From Octopus sinensis (Eukaryota): a stretch of 27,480 nucleotides of DNA. A model generated the notes under the pieces. It saw only the letters and a list, made by a program, of their open reading frames with translations. It made no database searches and had not been told where the DNA came from. The DNA is taken from NCBI RefSeq assembly GCF_006345805.1, contig NW_021833337.1, positions 1 to 27,480 on the forward strand. The letters are read 5' to 3'. A program made the translations under genes and the position numbers. Positions 23,245 through 27,480 of this stretch are shown here, piece after piece (position 1 is the stretch's first letter; each line of letters opens with the position of its first letter).

Positions 23245-23419
23245 CGGTTTATTTATTTTATATTAAAATTTTTATGTATTGATTAAGTCTTTCCTTGTTT
23301 GTTTGCAAAATAGTGGTTTTGTCTCGAATTAATATCATATAATATTTACTATAAAATTGGATTTAATCCTAAATCTGATTTTTTCCCTGTAAATTTGGAT
23401 TATTCCCTAATATTTATTA

Positions 23420-23469
<50 letters not shown>

Positions 23470-23501
23470 GTGTGTGTGTTTGTGTGGTGTGTGTGTGTGT
23501 G

Positions 23502-23700
23502 TAGTTAGTCCAAACATGAACAAAGAGAAAACATAACAACGCGAGACGTGGAACAAGTATAGCGTTATTGGACGCTCAGGATAGTAAAGGAAGAAGGAGG
23601 ATTTAACGTTTCCAGCGGAGCGCTTCGTCAGAAACATAGGAAAAGGAAAAATCCAAGGAAGGGAAGACGGAGAAAGCAAATCGCCAACGATACACACGTG
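23502..23700 (-). mobile_element. Short HHR-bearing repeat (Penelope pLTR-like)
   Basis: Unique-looking ~200-bp segment next to a (TG)n tract, centred on an HHR; boundaries approximate. Confidence 0.5.
23601..23635 (-). ncRNA. Minimal dimeric-type hammerhead motif
   Basis: GUUU-CUGACGA-AGCG-cuc-CGCU-g-GAAAC-GUU/AAAU; loopless palindromic stem III AACGUU; extra G before GAAAC. Confidence 0.65.
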
Positions 23701-23868
23701 ATAGTAGAAGAAAGGGAGGAATTTCGATTATCCCCACGTGGTGAGTTGTAATATTCCAATTACTTCCCCTTAGATTTTTCTACTTGTTGAATCATTCATT
23801 CATAAGCTCCACATACAACATGGACAAAAGGTTTTTCTTAAGAAAATACGTATTTAAATAGATTTTAA

Positions 23869-23901
23869 TGTCATGATTAGCGAAAGCGAAACCGGTCGAC
23901 A
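23869..23901 (+). ncRNA. Minimal hammerhead motif with A3-U8 core covariation
   Basis: UGUC-AUGAUUA-GC-gaaa-GC-GAAAC-cg-GUC/GACA; all three stems pair; stem III palindrome ACCGGU. Confidence 0.65.
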
Positions 23902-24217
23902 AACACAATATAAAATATATTAAAGAATATGTTAAAACTATGTGAGGTGTGTGCATTTTCCTTCTTTAAATTTTATATATATAGTTATGTTATATTCCGT
24001 TAGTAATGTGGTAGTATACAATATAAAGCTTGTTCACCTTCAGAATTACCCAGCACCATTAGTTGTATTATTATATAATTCCAAGTTTAAATTTGGTATT
24101 CGTCGTGAGTGAATATAGAATTGAAGAGACTTGAGTTAAGAAGGAGGAATGCGGTTGGACATTTATTCACTATTGGCTACAATAGTTTCGACGCAATGCA
24201 GTTGATTATACAAATGT

Positions 24218-24373
24218 TTGCGTAATGAGCTCTAGTTGTGTTTCCTCAGGCTGTTACCGTTAGTTTAAAGTCGTCAAATTCAAAGCCACCTCCATGAAGT
24301 CTGACGACTTTAAACTAACGGAGACAGCACTTGTATATATCCTGACGAAATACAACTAGATCTCATTATGCAA
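24218..24373. repeat. Interrupted inverted repeat (~60-bp arms)
   Basis: Outer arms 24218-24250/24341-24373 (29/33); inner arms 24250-24276/24302-24328 (25/27); 25-nt spacer; 12-nt insertion in the right arm. Confidence 0.85.
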
Positions 24374-24498
24374 TCAAACAGTTGCATAAACGAATACGCG
24401 TATTCTTGGAGAACTGCTGCTGTGTGGAAACAATTGTTGCACATAATAAATAACTTCCAACCGTACTCCTTCTTCTTGTCTCCAGCTTCTTCAATTAA

Positions 24499-24540
<42 letters not shown>

Positions 24541-24611
24541 TATATATATTATATTATATTATATGTGTGTGTCTGTGTGTGTGTGTGGGTGGTGTGTGTG
24601 TGTGTGTGTAT

Positions 24612-24636
24612 TTGTGGAGGCGCAACGGCTCAGTGG
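24612..24636 (+). mobile_element. SINE family C head fragment
   Basis: ttgtggaggcgcaacggctcagtgg contains an A-box-like TGGCnnAGTGG variant; the body is missing. Confidence 0.4.
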
Positions 24637-24707
24637 CTTGTCTCTTGAGGTCTTTGGGTGAGACTTGGAGACAACTTGTACAAATGTAAAGCAAAAGTCA
24701 AACATAA

Positions 24708-24744
<37 letters not shown>

Positions 24745-24955
24745 TAATAATAATAATAATAATAATAATGATAATAATAACAATAATAATAATAATAATA
24801 ATAATGATATAATAACAATAATAATAATTAATAATAATAATAATAATAACAATATAATAATAATAATAATAATAATAATATATAATAATAATAATAATAA
24901 TGATAATAATAACAATAATAATAAAATATAATAATAATAATAATAATAATAATGA
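24637..24955 (+). mobile_element. Probable 3' end of a non-LTR retrotransposon with a long (ATA)n tail
   Basis: ~70-bp unique segment ending ...agcaaaagtcaaacataaa, then ~250 bp of (ATA)n; assignment from recall. Confidence 0.4.
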
Positions 24956-24959
24956 CAAC

Positions 24960-25140
24960 ATCGAAAAATACCTTAGGAATGAGAAGCCAGGTTCAAAATT
25001 TCCCCAAGACACCTGATGAAGGCTGGAAGGCATATGAGCCGAAACGTTGTATTAACAACAAACAAAATGAGGACAAATATCTTTCAAATGTAAATAATGT
25101 ACATAATTTCTCATCTCTTAAATATAGAACTGAAGTAGAA
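24960..25140 (+). mobile_element. Short HHR-bearing repeat (Penelope pLTR-like)
   Basis: Segment following the (ATA)n tract and containing an HHR; boundaries approximate. Confidence 0.5.
25009..25052 (+). ncRNA. Minimal dimeric-type hammerhead motif
   Basis: ACAC-CUGAUGA-A-GGCU-(12 nt)-AGCC-GAAAC-GUU/GUAU; one stem I mismatch; cleavage after 25048. Confidence 0.72.
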
Positions 25141-25584
25141 CTCTCTTAAAATCATTACATGGTTTCAAAATGTTTCTCGAAGTTGAAGATAAATGTTAGA
25201 AGAAACGCAAAACATAGAGTTAAGTATTCTGATTACAAATCTCATCTCGCTGACGCTTGAAAGAGGAGTATACTGTATTTTCATTGTCGAAGATCCAACT
25301 CGCTCGTAGCCAACTTATATCCCTATGGAATTAAGGGGGAAATCATCCCTTAAACAGCTGATGTACAGACGCTTGGTTAGTATATCACGTTAAAGGGTGG
25401 ACGTTCCGCTCAAATCCAAATAGACCTGTCCATCGTGATGGGCCAAAATGGGTATCTAAAAGCAAAGAGGATAGCTAAAGTGGATAGCTAAAGTTAAAGA
25501 GCGATTATGCTTCTGCTACACACAATTTTATTAAACGTTTGTAGATGATTGAGAAATAAATAACAAATCTATAGTCACTATTCT

Positions 25585-25655
25585 GGTTGTTGTTCTTGTT
25601 GCTTTTATGCTACCCCGGTCAACGTTGAGCAAGCAAGAACAGACCTAAGCATCGT
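25585..25655 (-). mobile_element. Family D tail fragment
   Basis: (GTT)n tail then ccccggtcaac...cagacctaag, reverse complement of the family D 3' end; degenerate. Confidence 0.35.
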
Positions 25656-25713
25656 CGCAGTGAAATATACTAAAATCGCTATTCAAATATCCTGATTTTT
25701 ATAACTAAATTGG

Positions 25714-26145
25714 GATCTTTTCGGTTTGAACGGCTGTTTTTTCTATCGTTGTCATATGAAATTGTCACCCATAATTATGACCCTAGTATCGATCTATTGC
25801 ATTTCAATCTGTTTTAGGGTTAGGGTTAGTTAGGATTAGGATTAGGGGTGGGGGGAAGGGTATCTTTTTTTCTTCAGAAATGTAAATAAACCCAATCTGT
25901 TTCTTAAACGAGGAACATATTCATACGGCACAGAATGTTTTCACCTCAATAGACGTCATTGATTGGTTGAAATTGCAGAAATTGAAGAAAAAAAACAACA
26001 AATATCTTACAAACTATAGAATTTTCTCGATAAAGCCAAGAGAAAAAGATGTTTTATAAACACATTCTACCAGTATACGAAGTTTAAAAGTGTTTAGTTA
26101 CGTGGAAATTATTTTAAAAAACTGCCGTTCAAACCGAAAAGATAC
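25714..26145. mobile_element. 432-bp non-autonomous TIR element (MITE) with internal TTAGGG-like repeats
   Basis: TIRs 25715-25741 and 26117-26143 match 26/27; direct repeat ctaaattgg at 25705-25713 and 26146-26154; ttagggttagggttagttaggattaggattagggg at ~25814-25848. Confidence 0.88.
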
Positions 26146-26439
26146 CTAAATTGGCTTTTAAACCCAAGATTACTATGTATATGGAACAAAATGTTGCACA
26201 GCTCCCAGAAGACTAAACAATCTACTATAATCTGATATATTAATATTTACTATTCCATTTCATATAAAGATACACTGATAACTAATATTTAAAAATATTC
26301 TAAATATCAATAGAGAACTCTCTTAATGAAAGTGGCAAGAAAATGTTTTCACAGCCTGTCGCTATATATTACACAGGCGTATGATTTTGATCTTGAACAA
26401 ATAAATACATGGACTTTTCTTAGTCGGAGTCCTAGTTTC

Positions 26440-26557
26440 CTGCTTCACCGCTTAGTAATGGTCTGTGCATCGCGCAGCCAGACGTTTACAATCATCCAGG
26501 CTCTGAGCATAGTCGCCTACCTCTTCGTAGGTGATGTTAAGTCAGTTAAGATCCTCT
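26440..26557 (-). pseudogene. Possible RTE-clade LINE ORF C-terminal remnant
   Basis: EDLN*LNITYEEVGDYAQSLDDCKRLAARCTDHY* resembles the EDL..L.IT.EEA...A.DR..WR.L..C tail of RTE ORFs (by eye). Confidence 0.35.
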
Positions 26558-26868
26558 CTGAAGGAAAAAAAATAAAAATCTTGCAAAACAAATATATAAA
26601 CGTAACATCATGAAAATTGTTCAAACTGAAGTCCTTCTTCAGTGATACATTTTTCCATTCGAGTCAATACAGAATTATAGATAGCATTTATGGAATTTTG
26701 TAATACCAAATATATAGTGCGTGTGTTTTTATTGGCTAAACTGGCAAAATGACCATTCCTAAATACAACAATATACTTTTCATGATGTTTTATATTTCGA
26801 TGCTTTTATTAAATTCATTCAGTTGTTAGACATAAATAAATTTTGGAATTAAATGGTGTTGATTTACT

Positions 26869-26893
26869 GTCATGTGACTTTTGGCCAACACTG
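26869..26893 (-). mobile_element. Solitary Tc1-like terminal inverted repeat
   Basis: rc TA|CAGTGTTGGCCAAAAGTCACATGAC closely resembles the C. elegans Tc1 TIR start CAGTGCTGGCCAAAAAG; partner TIR not found. Confidence 0.6.
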
Positions 26894-26999
26894 TATTATT
26901 AGGAATTGTGTAAAAAAAAATTGTTAAAATATTTTGTGTAATATAGGGGTCTACTCAATTTATTGCAGGTAGATCTTAACAAATTCTCATGTAGACCCT

Positions 27000-27270
27000 C
27001 AAGGGCCATATGGACCTAGATTGAGAACCACAGTAGGTGATCTTCAGTTTTCTGCGCAGACACCATTGGAAAAAAAACAGAGCATTAATAGAAGAGCAGG
27101 CAAAGGGTATCATAGTTAAGGTGTCATAGAGAGGCAATCTCAGCGATTGCAGTAAACGTAGGCGCCTCACTTGAATGTCGGTGCAAAGGTCTTCGGGTCT
27201 TCAGTTCAATTCTGCCAAAACGTTTGAAGAAGCTCTGCATGAAAAATTCATGGAAGAACTCGCACGGTGA
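27000..27270 (-). pseudogene. Possible RTE-like RT C-terminal remnants
   Basis: SNVLAELN*RPEDLCTDIQVRRLRLLQSLRLP and FQWCLRRKLKITY resemble RTE motifs (N.EVL...I..RRLRW.GH..R.P; F..RCLRRILKI), but the two occur in non-canonical order. Confidence 0.3.
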
Positions 27271-27480
27271 TCATTCACCAAATAGATCTTTGAACTGTGA
27301 AAGATGGAAATTTATGGTTAATTAATTTCGGATTGATGGTTAATTAATTTAGGGATCCGACTTTTAGAAATCCTGTTATTACCTCGAATTACAATTTCCC
27401 CCCAATTATATTTTCAATTATGTAACATGACTGAAAATGAGAATTAGGGTAAGAAAGGCGGTGTTTGGGGATATTGAACA

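Larger units (their letters stand above)
22996..23335. mobile_element. 340-bp foldback palindrome, probably head-to-head Penelope-like pLTR fragments
   Basis: Arms 22996-23164 and 23167-23335 (169 bp each), 2-nt spacer CT, differing only by two 1-nt homopolymer indels; each arm carries an HHR. Confidence 0.8.

Noticed and set aside
24160-24200. Minus-strand GAAAC-uauu-GUA/GCCAA hammerhead half
   Set aside because: No CUGANGA upstream; kept only as a possible decayed remnant
6-24915. Long ORFs in the six-frame track (poly-I/Y/D/T/S/L, e.g. 11908-13218, 12014-13234, 18555-19376)
   Set aside because: They are translations of microsatellite arrays that lack stop codons, with no domain-like sequence or splice context
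25814-25848. True telomere or chromosome-fusion site
   Set aside because: Only a few imperfect TTAGGG units, located inside a TIR element
27313-27348. Tandem duplication of atggttaattaattt
   Set aside because: Short AT-rich local duplication with no further structure

Overview
AT-rich eukaryotic window made up largely of microsatellites, with short-repeat families that resemble those of Octopus/coleoid cephalopods (inference from recalled repeat sequences, not a database search). No intact protein-coding gene is supported. Almost every long ORF in the track is a translated microsatellite. The rest is TE debris: tRNA-derived SINEs, an internally deleted DD37D (maT) Tc1/mariner, mariner deletion derivatives/MITEs, a TIR element with internal TTAGGG-like repeats and possible RTE-LINE remnants. 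The main signal is a set of minimal type I hammerhead ribozyme (HHR) motifs with palindromic stem III, the form known from Penelope-like elements. Five lie within 23.09-25.05 kb and belong to four unrelated short repeats. Two of them sit on opposite strands of a 340-bp near-perfect palindrome, and one carries a compensatory A3-U8 core pair. A sixth ends a 142-bp insertion with a 16-bp target-site duplication (TSD). No RT/GIY-YIG ORF accompanies any of them. HHRs in Penelope-type repeats are established biology; the possible novelty is the arrangement and the core variant.
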